Source: Candidatus Nomurabacteria bacterium (GTDB lineage: Bacteria; Patescibacteriota; Minisyncoccia; Phycocordibacterales; UBA1006). From it: 59,136 bases of DNA. The notes below the pieces were generated by a model, which saw only the letters and a program-made list of their open reading frames with translations, did no database searches and was not told where the DNA came from. Shown here in pieces: positions 47,539 through 57,460 of the stretch. The stretch lies in the NCBI GenBank assembly GCA_943357975.1, contig CALRGS010000001.1, positions 1 through 59,136 on the forward strand, given 5' to 3'. A program made the position numbers and the translations under genes. Position 1 is the first letter of the stretch, and every line of letters begins with the position of its first letter.

Positions 47539-50500
47539 ATGTGCGCATCCCATGAAAAATTTGTACACCTCCACGTGCACTCACACTATTCCCTCCTCGA
47601 TGGACTTTCGAAGGTAGAAGACTTGATTAGCAAGGCAAAAGAATACGGAATGACCGCTCTTGCACTTACCGATCACGGAGCCATGTATGGCGCCATTGAA
47701 TTTTATAAAGGCTGCAAAGATGCCGGGATTAAGCCAATTGTCGGAGTAGAAACCTACATCGCCAATAGAACCCGATTCGACAAAGAAGCATCTATCGATA
47801 ATCGCCGCTACCACCTCACCCTTCTCGCACGAAATAATGTTGGATATAAAAATTTAATGAAGGCAGTTTCAAAATCCTACATGGAAGGTTTTTATTATAA
47901 ACCTCGTATGGACAAGGATCTCCTCAGACAACATGGCGAAGGTCTTATCTGCCTCTCAGGTTGCCCTGCCTCAGAATTTATTTGGAACCTCCGCGAAGGC
48001 AAGAAAAAGGAGGCGCGCGAACTCATCAAATTTTATATTGAATGCTTCGGCAAGGAACACGTGTTCATCGAAGTCATGAACCACAAAGAAACAGATTTCT
48101 TCAACGAATGGTACAAACAACTGATTCCTGAAATGAAATTAATTTCTGAGGAACTTGATATTCCTATGGTAGGTACTTGGGACTCGCACTATTTATGCGT
48201 GGATGATGTTGAGGCACACAACACCCTCTTGAAAATCAACACCGCAGGAGGTATGGAGGAAATCAAAGGAAACTTCTCGTTCATCAATCAAAAAGAAGCT
48301 TGCGAGATTTTTGCTGACATGCCTGAAGTTATCGAAAATACTGCCAAGGTCGCAGCCCTTGTTGATTTGGAAATTGAACTCGCCCCGTGGCGATTCCCTG
48401 AATACCCCATTCCTGAAGGATCCAACTATGATGACGAACTTCGTAAGGCAGTAATGATCGGCCTTGTTGAGAAAGGATTTGTATACGAAGGCACCATTAA
48501 AGACCGTATTGAATTTGAACTTGAGGTGATCAAGGATAAGGGTTTTTCATCGTACTTCCTCGTGGAAGCAGACATGGTACGTGCCGCAACACGTATGAAA
48601 ATTTATACCAACACTCGAGGTTCCGCAGCAGGATCACTCGTGTCTTTTGCTATGGGAATCACGAACGTAGACCCAATAAAATATAAATTACCCTTCGAGC
48701 GGTTCCTTAACCCACTCCGTCCAGGTATTCCTGATATCGATTTGGATATTGCTGATGATCGTCGTGATGATCTCATTAATTATTTGAAAGAACGTTATGG
48801 ACAACATTCCGTTGCACAAATTGGAACTTTCGGAACTATGGCTGCCCGTGGTGCAGTACGTGATGTTGCACGTGCTTTAGGATATCCCTATTCAACCGGA
48901 GACCGCCTTTCAAAAATGATTCCTATGGGATCTCAAGGCTTCCCTATGACCATAGACCATGCCTTGGAAATTATTCCTGAACTGCAGCAGGACTATGACA
49001 ACGATCGCTCTACCCAAGAAATCATTAACCTAGCTAAAAAAATCGAAGGTAACGTGCGACACATTTCTGTGCATGCAGCCGGAGTTATTATTTCACCAAC
49101 CGGAGATGTTACCGACTTTGCACCTATTCAATACGACCCCAAGGGTGAAGGAAAAATTATTACTCAGTACGATATGTATTCTGGAGGACGTGACGGTGTG
49201 GCTAACTTGCCCAAGTTTGATCTCCTAGGACTACGCAACTTAAATTTTATTGCAGCTACCGTTGATCGTGTAGAAAAAATTCGCGGTATTGTTATTGATA
49301 TGGAAAAAATTCCCCTTGATGATACTAAGGTTTTCGAAATGCTTTCGCGAGGAGAAACCATGGGAGTTTTCCAAATGGCCGGAGGCGGGATGACAAAATA
49401 TATCAAAGACCTACAGCCGACAAAAATTGAAGACTTGATGGCGATGGTGGCGCTCTATCGTCCAGGGCCAATGGAGGTGATTCCAGAATATATTGCGCGT
49501 AAACGAAATCCCAAACTTGTTGAATACCCCGATCCACGACTTGTTGATGACCTCGAAGCATCATATGGACTTTTGGTGTACCAAGACGACGTGTTGATTA
49601 CTTCGATTCGCCTCGCTGGATATACCTGGCTTGATGCTGACAAATTCCGTAAAGCCATGGGTAAGAAAATTCCCGAAGAAATGGCCAAGGAAAAAGATAA
49701 ATTCTACAAAGGCTGTACTGAGTATGGAGGTCTCAAAAAAGAAAAGATTGATGAAATTTGGCAAAAAATAGAACCGTTCGCAGCGTATGGATTCAACAAG
49801 GCGCATGCAGCGAGTTATGGACAACTTGGATATAGAACCGCATACCTCAAGGCGAACTACCCTGCTGAATACATGTCAGCCTGTATGTCGGCCGAAGCCG
49901 GTGATATTGAAACCGTAAGCCTCTATATTACTGAAGCAAAAAAAATGGGCTTCAGTATCCTACCACCCGATGTAAATGAATCGTTTTCAGATTTTACCGT
50001 GGTAGTTGAAAACACTGAGGTGACTAAAAAAATTCGTTTCGGATTGAATAATATTAAAAACTTTGGTGAGGAAATTGGCAAGGCGGTTATTGCCGAACGC
50101 AAGGAACGCGGCGTCTACACCGGTATTGAAAATTTCCTTGAACGAGTCACCCATAGGAACTTGAACAAGAAATCTTTGGAAGCATTAATCATGTCCGGGG
50201 CTATGGATAGTTTTGGAGAACGAGGAAAGCTTATTGCAAATATGGACGAGATGCTTACTTTCAACAAAGAATGTGCCAAGGATGCAGGATCTCAAGGATC
50301 ACTTTTTGCAGGACTTGCTGATGCGCCAAAAGCTTACTTACTACTGAAGGATGCTCCAGCAACTGACGCCAAGCAGAATCTAGCCTGGGAGAAAGAACTC
50401 CTTGGGTTATATGTAACAGGACATCCTCTTGAAAAATTTGCTGATCGATTAGCAAATGCAAAACAAACTATTGCGCAGATAAAAATCGATGAGAAAAACT

Positions 50501-50751
50501 CGAGTGAGGTTGTTATTGCTGGAATTGTAGAGGAAGTAAAAGAAATTTATACCAAGGCGAAAAATGAGAAGATGGCATTCTTGCGTATTGCAGACCTTAC
50601 TGGGTCACTTGAATGCGTAGTCTTCCCAAAATCTTATGGTGAGCTCCAAAAATTCTGCCAAGTAGATAAGTTGGTTATCGTGAAGGGGAAAGTTTCTGAT
50701 CGTGATGGTGAACGGAGCGTGTTGATTGATAAGATGAAGGAGTTGGTCTAG
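47539..50751 (+). CDS. dnaE: DNA polymerase III subunit alpha
   Basis: ORF trimmed to MCASHEKFVHLHVHSHYSLLDG (PHP domain). TGcTATAAT (47520-47528) lies 10 nt upstream. 1070 aa. Confidence 0.93.
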   Translation: MCASHEKFVHLHVHSHYSLLDGLSKVEDLISKAKEYGMTALALTDHGAMYGAIEFYKGCKDAGIKPIVGVETYIANRTRFDKEASIDNRRYHLTLLARNNVGYKNLMKAVSKSYMEGFYYKPRMDKDLLRQHGEGLICLSGCPASEFIWNLREGKKKEARELIKFYIECFGKEHVFIEVMNHKETDFFNEWYKQLIPEMKLISEELDIPMVGTWDSHYLCVDDVEAHNTLLKINTAGGMEEIKGNFSFINQKEACEIFADMPEVIENTAKVAALVDLEIELAPWRFPEYPIPEGSNYDDELRKAVMIGLVEKGFVYEGTIKDRIEFELEVIKDKGFSSYFLVEADMVRAATRMKIYTNTRGSAAGSLVSFAMGITNVDPIKYKLPFERFLNPLRPGIPDIDLDIADDRRDDLINYLKERYGQHSVAQIGTFGTMAARGAVRDVARALGYPYSTGDRLSKMIPMGSQGFPMTIDHALEIIPELQQDYDNDRSTQEIINLAKKIEGNVRHISVHAAGVIISPTGDVTDFAPIQYDPKGEGKIITQYDMYSGGRDGVANLPKFDLLGLRNLNFIAATVDRVEKIRGIVIDMEKIPLDDTKVFEMLSRGETMGVFQMAGGGMTKYIKDLQPTKIEDLMAMVALYRPGPMEVIPEYIARKRNPKLVEYPDPRLVDDLEASYGLLVYQDDVLITSIRLAGYTWLDADKFRKAMGKKIPEEMAKEKDKFYKGCTEYGGLKKEKIDEIWQKIEPFAAYGFNKAHAASYGQLGYRTAYLKANYPAEYMSACMSAEAGDIETVSLYITEAKKMGFSILPPDVNESFSDFTVVVENTEVTKKIRFGLNNIKNFGEEIGKAVIAERKERGVYTGIENFLERVTHRNLNKKSLEALIMSGAMDSFGERGKLIANMDEMLTFNKECAKDAGSQGSLFAGLADAPKAYLLLKDAPATDAKQNLAWEKELLGLYVTGHPLEKFADRLANAKQTIAQIKIDEKNSSEVVIAGIVEEVKEIYTKAKNEKMAFLRIADLTGSLECVVFPKSYGELQKFCQVDKLVIVKGKVSDRDGERSVLIDKMKELV

Positions 50752-50757
50752 GCCACC

Positions 50758-50785
50758 TTGACTTTTGGTATCAAAGTGCTATTAT
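50758..50785 (+). promoter_or_regulatory. predicted promoter of the 50804..51265 gene
   Basis: TTGACT(50758-50763)-16-TGcTATTAT(50780-50785). Confidence 0.55.
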
Positions 50786-50803
50786 TTCAAAAAACATAAA
50801 ACT

Positions 50804-51265
50804 ATGACAAACGGATTTCACGTACCTTATTCTGGCTCTCGTGAGCATGTACTACTTTCTTTGCACGGAAACCAAACGGGTGGCAATCATCGTTTTTCTG
50901 CACAAGACGTGCTCGGAACAGCAATCCATGAATCCTTTGGACTTTTTGTACAGATGGAAAAAAATTTCCTTTCACACAATCCCGATAATTTGGGAAACGA
51001 AGCGATTCGGTATCACCAGGCCGTAGGCTTAGCGCAGCCAGGCAACGTATTACCGAAGATTGTTACTGAATTAAAAACTATTTCCAAGTTTGGAGCATTA
51101 GTAGAAGCCGCAGAGAAGTTGATGAAACTCTTCGAGATATTCCACTCTGAGCCAACTAGTAGTGGGCCTGAGTACGAACAACGCACTAAAGAAATTCTCA
51201 AGCTCATTCAGAGAATTCTTAGTTACGGTAGAGCAGCTCTACCCATCAATCAACGTTCTTTTTAA
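50804..51265 (+). CDS. hypothetical protein (153 aa)
   Basis: ORF trimmed to MTNGFHVPY..; followed by bidirectional terminator 51274..51316. Confidence 0.55.
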   Translation: MTNGFHVPYSGSREHVLLSLHGNQTGGNHRFSAQDVLGTAIHESFGLFVQMEKNFLSHNPDNLGNEAIRYHQAVGLAQPGNVLPKIVTELKTISKFGALVEAAEKLMKLFEIFHSEPTSSGPEYEQRTKEILKLIQRILSYGRAALPINQRSF

Positions 51266-51273
51266 AGAAAGTT

Positions 51274-51316
51274 AAAACCCCTTATAGCACACACGGTACT
51301 ATAAGGGGTTTTGTTT
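51274..51316. terminator. bidirectional terminator
   Basis: CCCCTTATAG(51278-51287)/CTATAAGGGG(51299-51308) stem flanked by A/T runs. Confidence 0.7.
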
Positions 51317-51329
51317 TGCACTGTAGTGC

Positions 51330-51506
51330 TTACTTTTGTTTCTTTGCTGCGAGCATTTTTTTATTGGTAACTATTTTCTTTTTACGGGGACCAGATGATT
51401 TTCCAACAGGACCTCCTCCGTTAGGATCTTGTTTTCCACTTACCCCTATTGCTGGCAGTGCACCGGTAGTTGTAACCATAATGATCATTTTTGTTGTCTT
51501 TTTCAT
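51330..51506 (-). CDS. small basic protein with a signal-peptide-like N-terminus (58 aa)
   Basis: Not in the ORF track. Sequence is MKKTTKMIIMVTTTGALPAIGVSGKQDPNGGGPVGKSSGPRKKKIVTNKKMLAAKKQK. It is preferred over the overlapping plus-strand TTG ORF 51316..51516. Confidence 0.45.
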   Translation of the reverse strand: MKKTTKMIIMVTTTGALPAIGVSGKQDPNGGGPVGKSSGPRKKKIVTNKKMLAAKKQK

Positions 51507-51532
51507 GAGTAACTGAATTTAGGGTTTAGGGT

Positions 51533-51811
51533 TTAATGAAAAACATTTCTTTTGTAGGAACTATCTCCAATAGCTTGGTAGTTTATGAAACTGATATTTC
51601 CATAGCCGTCTGAACAAGGAGCGCTTTCCTGTTTTTGCTTACCAAGAAGTATGCGCGCCATACGAAATCTAGTAGAAATTTTCAACTCGAGCCAAAAAAG
51701 CTTTTTTTCATACCGATTAGTAATCTTTCTGGCTTGTTCATACACTCCATTTAAAAAAAACTGAGCATCGTCTTTTGTCTCAAAAGATTTGAATTCTTTT
51801 TCCTTTTTCAT
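51533..51811 (-). CDS. hypothetical protein (92 aa)
   Basis: ORF preceded by TTGACA(51861-51866)-16-TGcTATTGT(51839-51847). Confidence 0.55.
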   Translation of the reverse strand: MKKEKEFKSFETKDDAQFFLNGVYEQARKITNRYEKKLFWLELKISTRFRMARILLGKQKQESAPCSDGYGNISFINYQAIGDSSYKRNVFH

Positions 51812-51904
51812 TTGTTGTTAGGTTTAGGGGTTTTCTTAACAATAGCATATTTATAATTTCTGTCAAACTGCCCTATCTTATTATCCTTATGGTATTCTAT
51901 ATTC

Positions 51905-52399
51905 ATGTCACTTGAAAAAAATCCTCGATACGCCAAAGGCAAGTCCGACAAGGTTAGCATTGAAATTGGTAATCGAGCCAACACTTTTGAGGTTAATGAT
52001 TTTCTTATAAAAAATATCACCGGGCAGATACAATCTCTCTCAAAAAATCCTGATCAGGTTAATTTGGTTAGCCTTCTTGAGCAAATTAAAAAATCCCTTG
52101 AGAACGAAAACATTCACTCAAACAGTCTCAAGCCCATGACTCAGTTCGCACTCGAAACAACGATTATTCATGATGACTCAGACTCACAAGGAGGAGGAGA
52201 CAGCATTATCACTGAAACGAAGTCTGTTATGAAACCATCCCAAGGAACCCCTAACGCGAACTTTGAAACCATGCAATCATTGTTACTCGATGCTCAACAT
52301 ACCACTAAACTGCTTCGTGAGATCTTGAATGATTATTATCCTGATGAGGAGCTATTACTACGATCGATTGAAAAGAACTATCAAAATATAAATAATTAG
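51905..52399 (+). CDS. hypothetical acidic protein (164 aa)
   Basis: ORF followed by terminator 52404..52436. Confidence 0.55.
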   Translation: MSLEKNPRYAKGKSDKVSIEIGNRANTFEVNDFLIKNITGQIQSLSKNPDQVNLVSLLEQIKKSLENENIHSNSLKPMTQFALETTIIHDDSDSQGGGDSIITETKSVMKPSQGTPNANFETMQSLLLDAQHTTKLLREILNDYYPDEELLLRSIEKNYQNINN

Positions 52400-52442
52400 T
52401 TACAAAAAATCCCACTTTGCCATGCGGGATTTTGTCTTTACT

Positions 52443-52940
52443 TCACGAAAAAGTGTTCATGAATGCCTTTAAATTCTTTAGAAATTCAGGGTTCTGCTTT
52501 AGGAAAAGATTAATCTGTCTATCAAAATTTGCACTGCCAAATCCAACAAGAAGGAATCCCGACATCAAATCAAAAGATTTTTCATCATACTGCAAAAAGG
52601 TTAATTCCGGGCACATTACAAACCATCCAGACATAACAAGTTTTTCAGCTTCTCCTTTTTCCTCTACTGTTTTTTTTGCAATTATCGCTGAATGAACATC
52701 AATAATTATTTGTAAAACCAAAGAAACTGCTACCACGTCCCAACGCATCACTGTTGCTAATTTTATCGTGTTGCCGCAACCAGGACTAAATTTTCCTGCT
52801 TCGATTGCTCTATAATATGAAGGTGAGAAGTCCATAGTCTTTGAAATGTCACTTGACGACAATCCTAAAGAACTTCTCCTCTTCTGTAAAGCTCTCCCGA
52901 AAAGGCTTTTTAGATCAGTTCGAATATTTTTCTTTTTCAT
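52443..52940 (-). CDS. XRE-family helix-turn-helix transcriptional regulator with an extra C-terminal domain
   Basis: LGLSSSDISKTMDFSPSYYRAIEAGK HTH; promoter TTGACA(52989-52994)-17-TAGTAT(52966-52971). Confidence 0.65.
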   Translation of the reverse strand: MKKKNIRTDLKSLFGRALQKRRSSLGLSSSDISKTMDFSPSYYRAIEAGKFSPGCGNTIKLATVMRWDVVAVSLVLQIIIDVHSAIIAKKTVEEKGEAEKLVMSGWFVMCPELTFLQYDEKSFDLMSGFLLVGFGSANFDRQINLFLKQNPEFLKNLKAFMNTFS

Positions 52941-53039
52941 ATTCAGTTTTTAATTGTTCAAATCGATACTAATACATTTAATTACATCTGTCAACTCCCC
53001 CTCCCGCCCCACCAAATAAAATGCTATAGTGTTCCCTAT

Positions 53040-54794
53040 ATGAATAGAGATATATTATCGAGTCTCCGTCACACCCTTGCCCATGTCCTGGCCCAAGCGG
53101 TTTTAGAAGAATATCCAAATGCACAGCTGACCCTAGGACCTGCTGTTGATAATGGGTTCTATTATGATGTTGATTTTGGAGAAACTAAAATCCCGGAAAC
53201 TGATTTGAAGAAATTCCAGACTTCGATGCGTAAAAATTTAAAGAAGTGGACTGAATTTACTCACCAAGAAGTTTCAAAAGAAGAAGCTCTTGCGGCTTTT
53301 GCTGGAAATCCTTACAAGGAAGAACTAATTAATGAGATCGCAGAACGAGGAGAAAAAATTACGCTTTACACCTGTGGTGGATTTACTGACCTTTGTCGAG
53401 GTGGGCACCTTGAAAATCCTGCAGCTGAGATTTCTACTGATAGTTTTAAGCTTGATCGTATTGCTGGTGCGTATTGGCGAGGAAGTGAAGCTAATAAAAT
53501 GCTTACACGAATTTATGGGTTGGCATTTGAATCTGGTGAAGCACTCGAGGCTTACATTGCACAACAAGAAGAGGCTGCAAAACGAGATCACCGAAAACTC
53601 GGTACCGACATGCACCTCTATGCATTCTCTGATTTTGTAGGAGCAGGACTACCGCTTTGGCTTCCCAAGGGAGGTGTGATTGTTGAGGAGCTTGAAAAAC
53701 TTGCCAAGGAAACAGAATTCCTCGCAGGATATGATCGAGTAAAAACTCCACATATTGCAAAAGAATCAATGTACCAAACATCTGGACATTTACCGTACTA
53801 CGAAGATTCTATGTACCCTCCAATGGAATACGAGGGTGGAAAATATTATTTGAAAGCAATGAACTGCCCTCATCACCATGCTGTGTTCAACGCAGAGTCT
53901 CACAGTTATAAGGACCTCCCTATTCGACTCGCTGAATATGGAACCTGTTACCGTCATGAAAAATCTGGAGAATTGTTTGGATTAATGCGTGTACGTGAAT
54001 TGAATATGAATGATGCGCATATTTATTGTACTGAGGAACAATTCGCTGATGAGTTCCGTGCGGTAAACGATATGTATATCAAATATTTCCAAATATTTGG
54101 AGTGGACAAATATGTCATGCGATTTTCTACCCATGACCCAAAACGACTTGGCGATAAGTATGTAGACGAGCCAGAACTTTGGAAGAAAACTGAAGACATG
54201 GTGCGTAAGGTATTAATTGATTCAAATATTCCTTATGTTGAGGTTCCTAACGAAGCAGCATTTTATGGACCGAAAATTGATGTGCAAGTATGGAGTGCTA
54301 TTGGACGAGAATTTACTCTTGCAACTAACCAGGTAGACTTCGCGGTTCCAAAACGATTTGGACTTACCTATACCTCAAAGGAAGGTACTGTCGAAACACC
54401 GCTCTGTATTCACCGAGCACCGCTTGGAACTCATGAGCGATTCATTGGATTCCTTATTGAACACTTCGCAGGGAACTTCCCTACCTGGCTCGCACCAGTT
54501 CAAGTATATGTATTACCCGTTCGAGAAAATCATGAAGAACTTGCACAGGAAATTACCAAGAAACTTCATAATCAATTTGTTCGTGTAGAATACCTTGATT
54601 CATCTGATAATCTCGGGAAACGTATTCGCAAAGCCAAGGATTCAAAGACTCCCTATACTATCATCATCGGTGACAAGGATATCGAGGCTGGGATGATTAC
54701 GATTGAAACCAGGGGACAAGAAACTGGAGTTCAAATGACAACCGAAGACTTTATCGAGAAGATTTCGAAGGAAATTAAAGATCGATCGTTGTAA
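53040..54794 (+). CDS. thrS: threonine--tRNA ligase, short form lacking the N-terminal TGS domain
   Basis: 584 aa. It starts in the editing/second additional domain (LRHTLAHVLAQAV..GPAVDNGFYYD) and has class II motifs and an anticodon-binding domain. Confidence 0.93.
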   Translation: MNRDILSSLRHTLAHVLAQAVLEEYPNAQLTLGPAVDNGFYYDVDFGETKIPETDLKKFQTSMRKNLKKWTEFTHQEVSKEEALAAFAGNPYKEELINEIAERGEKITLYTCGGFTDLCRGGHLENPAAEISTDSFKLDRIAGAYWRGSEANKMLTRIYGLAFESGEALEAYIAQQEEAAKRDHRKLGTDMHLYAFSDFVGAGLPLWLPKGGVIVEELEKLAKETEFLAGYDRVKTPHIAKESMYQTSGHLPYYEDSMYPPMEYEGGKYYLKAMNCPHHHAVFNAESHSYKDLPIRLAEYGTCYRHEKSGELFGLMRVRELNMNDAHIYCTEEQFADEFRAVNDMYIKYFQIFGVDKYVMRFSTHDPKRLGDKYVDEPELWKKTEDMVRKVLIDSNIPYVEVPNEAAFYGPKIDVQVWSAIGREFTLATNQVDFAVPKRFGLTYTSKEGTVETPLCIHRAPLGTHERFIGFLIEHFAGNFPTWLAPVQVYVLPVRENHEELAQEITKKLHNQFVRVEYLDSSDNLGKRIRKAKDSKTPYTIIIGDKDIEAGMITIETRGQETGVQMTTEDFIEKISKEIKDRSL

Positions 54795-54799
54795 TCTAC

Positions 54800-54836
54800 A
54801 AAAAAATCATCCACCAATTGGCGGATGATTTTTTTG
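54800..54836 (+). terminator. intrinsic terminator after thrS
   Basis: ATCATCC(54806-54812)/GGATGAT(54823-54829) stem followed by T7. Confidence 0.75.
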
Positions 54837-54853
54837 TGATATAATTACCCCAT

Positions 54854-55048
54854 ATGAAAAACAACAACCTGTACAACTTGATGACTCAATTAACCCAAGA
54901 ATCTCGATCTTTGTGGAGGATTAAAAATGAGTATAAAAAGGATTCTAAGAAATCAAAGGAGTTAACACAGTTCTGGCTAGAAGTAGCGAAAGAAAAGGAA
55001 GTTTTGATTGAGGACTTGAAGGCTGTGATTCGCGCAGAAATGGAATAA
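54854..55048 (+). CDS. hypothetical protein (64 aa)
   Basis: TGaTATAAT (54837-54845) lies 8 nt upstream of the ATG; terminator at 55050..55084. Confidence 0.5.
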   Translation: MKNNNLYNLMTQLTQESRSLWRIKNEYKKDSKKSKELTQFWLEVAKEKEVLIEDLKAVIRAEME

Positions 55049-55088
55049 TAAAAAATCCCCGATCAACAGTCGGGGACTTTTTGTTCAA

Positions 55089-55340
55089 TTAATCCTTTAT
55101 CTCGCGATAAGTTATCGGAGAGTATATACCCCAATCTCTATAATCACCTTTTTGGTGTTCCGGCAAGGTGATACTCACCGGGTCTTGATGGTATTCAATA
55201 TCGAGTATAGTTATCAAACTAGGAGCAGGTTGTTTTGGAAAACCTAAAATTTTTTGTTCTCCATGCAATATAAAACTACGATTAGTATCTAAAATTTCTT
55301 GCCTATTAGACAATATTTCAAAATCAATTTCTTGGTTCAT
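55089..55340 (-). CDS. hypothetical protein (83 aa)
   Basis: ORF trimmed to ATG 55340 because TGgTATTGT lies within the listed N-terminal extension. Confidence 0.5.
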   Translation of the reverse strand: MNQEIDFEILSNRQEILDTNRSFILHGEQKILGFPKQPAPSLITILDIEYHQDPVSITLPEHQKGDYRDWGIYSPITYREIKD

Positions 55341-55370
55341 ATTCTTTATTTTTAAAGACAATACCACATT

Positions 55371-55400
55371 AAAAAGAACTCCGCAAGGAGTTCTTTTTTG
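55371..55400 (-). terminator. intrinsic terminator after gyrB
   Basis: AGAACTCC(55375-55382)/GGAGTTCT(55387-55394) stem with flanking A/T runs. Confidence 0.75.
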
Positions 55401-55402
55401 TA

Positions 55403-57460
55403 TTAAATATCCAACTCTACCATCTTCGCATTGTTCTGAATAAACGATTTGCGGAGGGATACATCAGTACCCATAAGCATATCAAACGTCTTGTCAGCTT
55501 CGAGCGCATCATCAACAGTAACCTGTTTAAGGGTACGACGAGCAGGATCCATGGTTGTTTCCCAAAGCTCTTCCGCGTTCATCTCTCCAAGTCCTTTATA
55601 TCGCTGAACAGAGATTTTTGAAACTCGTTTTGATTTTACTTTTGTATCCTCTCCCTCCTCTTCTTCATTTTCTTCATCTCCACCATGTTCATCAGCACCT
55701 GCCATTTCACCCCCCATCTTCTTGATCATCGCATCTTTCTGATCATCCGTATACGCATACCCGATCTCCTTCCCCTTCTTGATTTTATAAAGAGGTGGTT
55801 GAGCAATAAATAAGAATCCCGAATCAATAACGGGTCGCATGTACCGATAGAACAATGTGAGCAACAGTGTTCGGATGTGCGCACCATCGACGTCGGCATC
55901 GGTTGCAATAACAATCTTCTGATAACGAATTTTTGACACATCGAATGTTTCCCCGATAGAAGTTCCCAATGCAATAATAATCGTCTTGATTTCCTCATTG
56001 GCAACCATTTTATCAAGGCGTGCACGTTCTACGTTCAACGGCTTTCCCTTCAAGGGCAAAATCGCCTGAGTCTTTTTATCACGACCCTGCTTCGCGGTTC
56101 CTCCCGCCGAGTCTCCCTCTACGATGAAGATCTCAGAATCAGCAGCATCTTTAGATTGGCAGTCTGACAATTTTCCAGGAAGCGTAAACCCTTCGAGCAT
56201 TCCCTTTCGTAAAATAGAATCCTTGGCTGCTTTAGCTGCTTTACGTGCACGAAGTGCGAGTACTGCTTTACTAATAATAGCTTTCGCTTCGTCAGGATTT
56301 TCTTCAAGGAACATGGCGAACGCTTCACCGAATACTGTTTCTACCGCACCACGCGCTTCAGGCGAACCAAGTTTTGCCTTAGTCTGACCTTCAAATTGGA
56401 TCTCTGGCATTTTAACTGTAACAATTGCAATCAATCCCTCGAGAACGTCTTGCCCATCAAACGATTCACCGTCTTTCAAAATTTTCTTTTCTTTGTTGTA
56501 TCCATTGATCAAACGCGTAAGCGCGGTCTTAAACCCAGTAAGGTGCATTCCCCCTTCCATGGTATAAATGTTGTTCGCAAAAGGAACGATCTTTGGAGCA
56601 ATATCGTCTACGTACTGGAGAGCGATTTCAACATTAATATCCCCGGCGTTTTTATCAACGTGGAAAATTTTATCCTGAACCTTCTTCTGATGCAGTGCAA
56701 GTGATCGCACCATCGAAACCAAACCTCCTTCGAAATAAAACGAGAACGAAGGAACCTCATAGTCCATATCCTTCATATAGGTTTCATTTTCAAGGTCTAT
56801 TTTCCCAGAATATTCTCGTGCGTCAATAACAACCACCTTCAGTTTTTTACACAGGTACGCCTGTTCTCGCAATCGATCCACAACTCGCTGGAAATTGAAT
56901 TTAATTTCCTTGAAAATTTCTATATCTGGTTCAAAGGTAATTACCGTTCCTTGCTCCTTAGTTTTACCAACTGCCTTTACTTTAAATTTTGGTTTTCCTT
57001 GAGAATATTCTTGTGTCCACACTTGTCCCTCCTTGTGAACCTCTGCTTTCATAAATACCGAAAGCGCGTTTACTACTGATGAACCTACTCCGTGAAGACC
57101 TCCTGAAACCTTGTATCCTGAATCTTCTCCTCCGAATTTTCCTCCGGCATGAAGCACGGTTAAAATAGTTTCAAGTGCTGAAACTTTAGTCTTCGGATGA
57201 ATATCAACTGGAATTCCTCGTCCATTGTCTACGACTCGAATTCTATTTCCGGGCAACAAAGCCACTTCGATATGGTCGGCATACCCACCCATCGCCTCAT
57301 CACGACTGTTATCAAAAATTTCCCAAATCAAGTGATGTAGCCCATCGAGACCTGTGGTTCCGATGTACATTCCAGGCCGCTTGCGTACCGGATCGAGACC
57401 CTCAAGCACCTGAATACTTGAAGCCCCATAACTATCAGATTTCTTAATATCTTTTGCCAT
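55403..57460 (-). CDS. gyrB: DNA gyrase subunit B
   Basis: 685 aa with GHKL ATPase, Toprim (EGDSAGG) and the PLKGK motif. Confidence 0.96.
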   Translation of the reverse strand: MAKDIKKSDSYGASSIQVLEGLDPVRKRPGMYIGTTGLDGLHHLIWEIFDNSRDEAMGGYADHIEVALLPGNRIRVVDNGRGIPVDIHPKTKVSALETILTVLHAGGKFGGEDSGYKVSGGLHGVGSSVVNALSVFMKAEVHKEGQVWTQEYSQGKPKFKVKAVGKTKEQGTVITFEPDIEIFKEIKFNFQRVVDRLREQAYLCKKLKVVVIDAREYSGKIDLENETYMKDMDYEVPSFSFYFEGGLVSMVRSLALHQKKVQDKIFHVDKNAGDINVEIALQYVDDIAPKIVPFANNIYTMEGGMHLTGFKTALTRLINGYNKEKKILKDGESFDGQDVLEGLIAIVTVKMPEIQFEGQTKAKLGSPEARGAVETVFGEAFAMFLEENPDEAKAIISKAVLALRARKAAKAAKDSILRKGMLEGFTLPGKLSDCQSKDAADSEIFIVEGDSAGGTAKQGRDKKTQAILPLKGKPLNVERARLDKMVANEEIKTIIIALGTSIGETFDVSKIRYQKIVIATDADVDGAHIRTLLLTLFYRYMRPVIDSGFLFIAQPPLYKIKKGKEIGYAYTDDQKDAMIKKMGGEMAGADEHGGDEENEEEEGEDTKVKSKRVSKISVQRYKGLGEMNAEELWETTMDPARRTLKQVTVDDALEADKTFDMLMGTDVSLRKSFIQNNAKMVELDI

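Noticed and set aside
51316-51516. Plus-strand 66-aa ORF with a TTG start.
   Set aside because: It starts inside the terminator hairpin and has a low-complexity hydrophobic translation. The opposite strand carries a better ATG-initiated 58-aa ORF with a signal-like N-terminus and its own terminator.
51521-51536. Telomere-like CCCTAAACCCTAAA on the minus strand, with a related CCCCTAAACC at 51821..51834.
   Set aside because: Only two units are present, inside an ordinary intergenic spacer. It is noted merely as a shared 9-mer upstream of two small genes.
51808-52020. Minus-strand 70-aa ORF.
   Set aside because: The consensus promoter for the downstream 92-aa gene lies inside it. It also overlaps the better supported plus-strand gene 51905..52399.
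52995-53012. C-rich tract (ctccccctcccgccccac) between the XRE-regulator and thrS promoters.
   Set aside because: It is compositionally odd for this AT-rich DNA, but it has no repeat partner, no symmetry and no recognisable motif.
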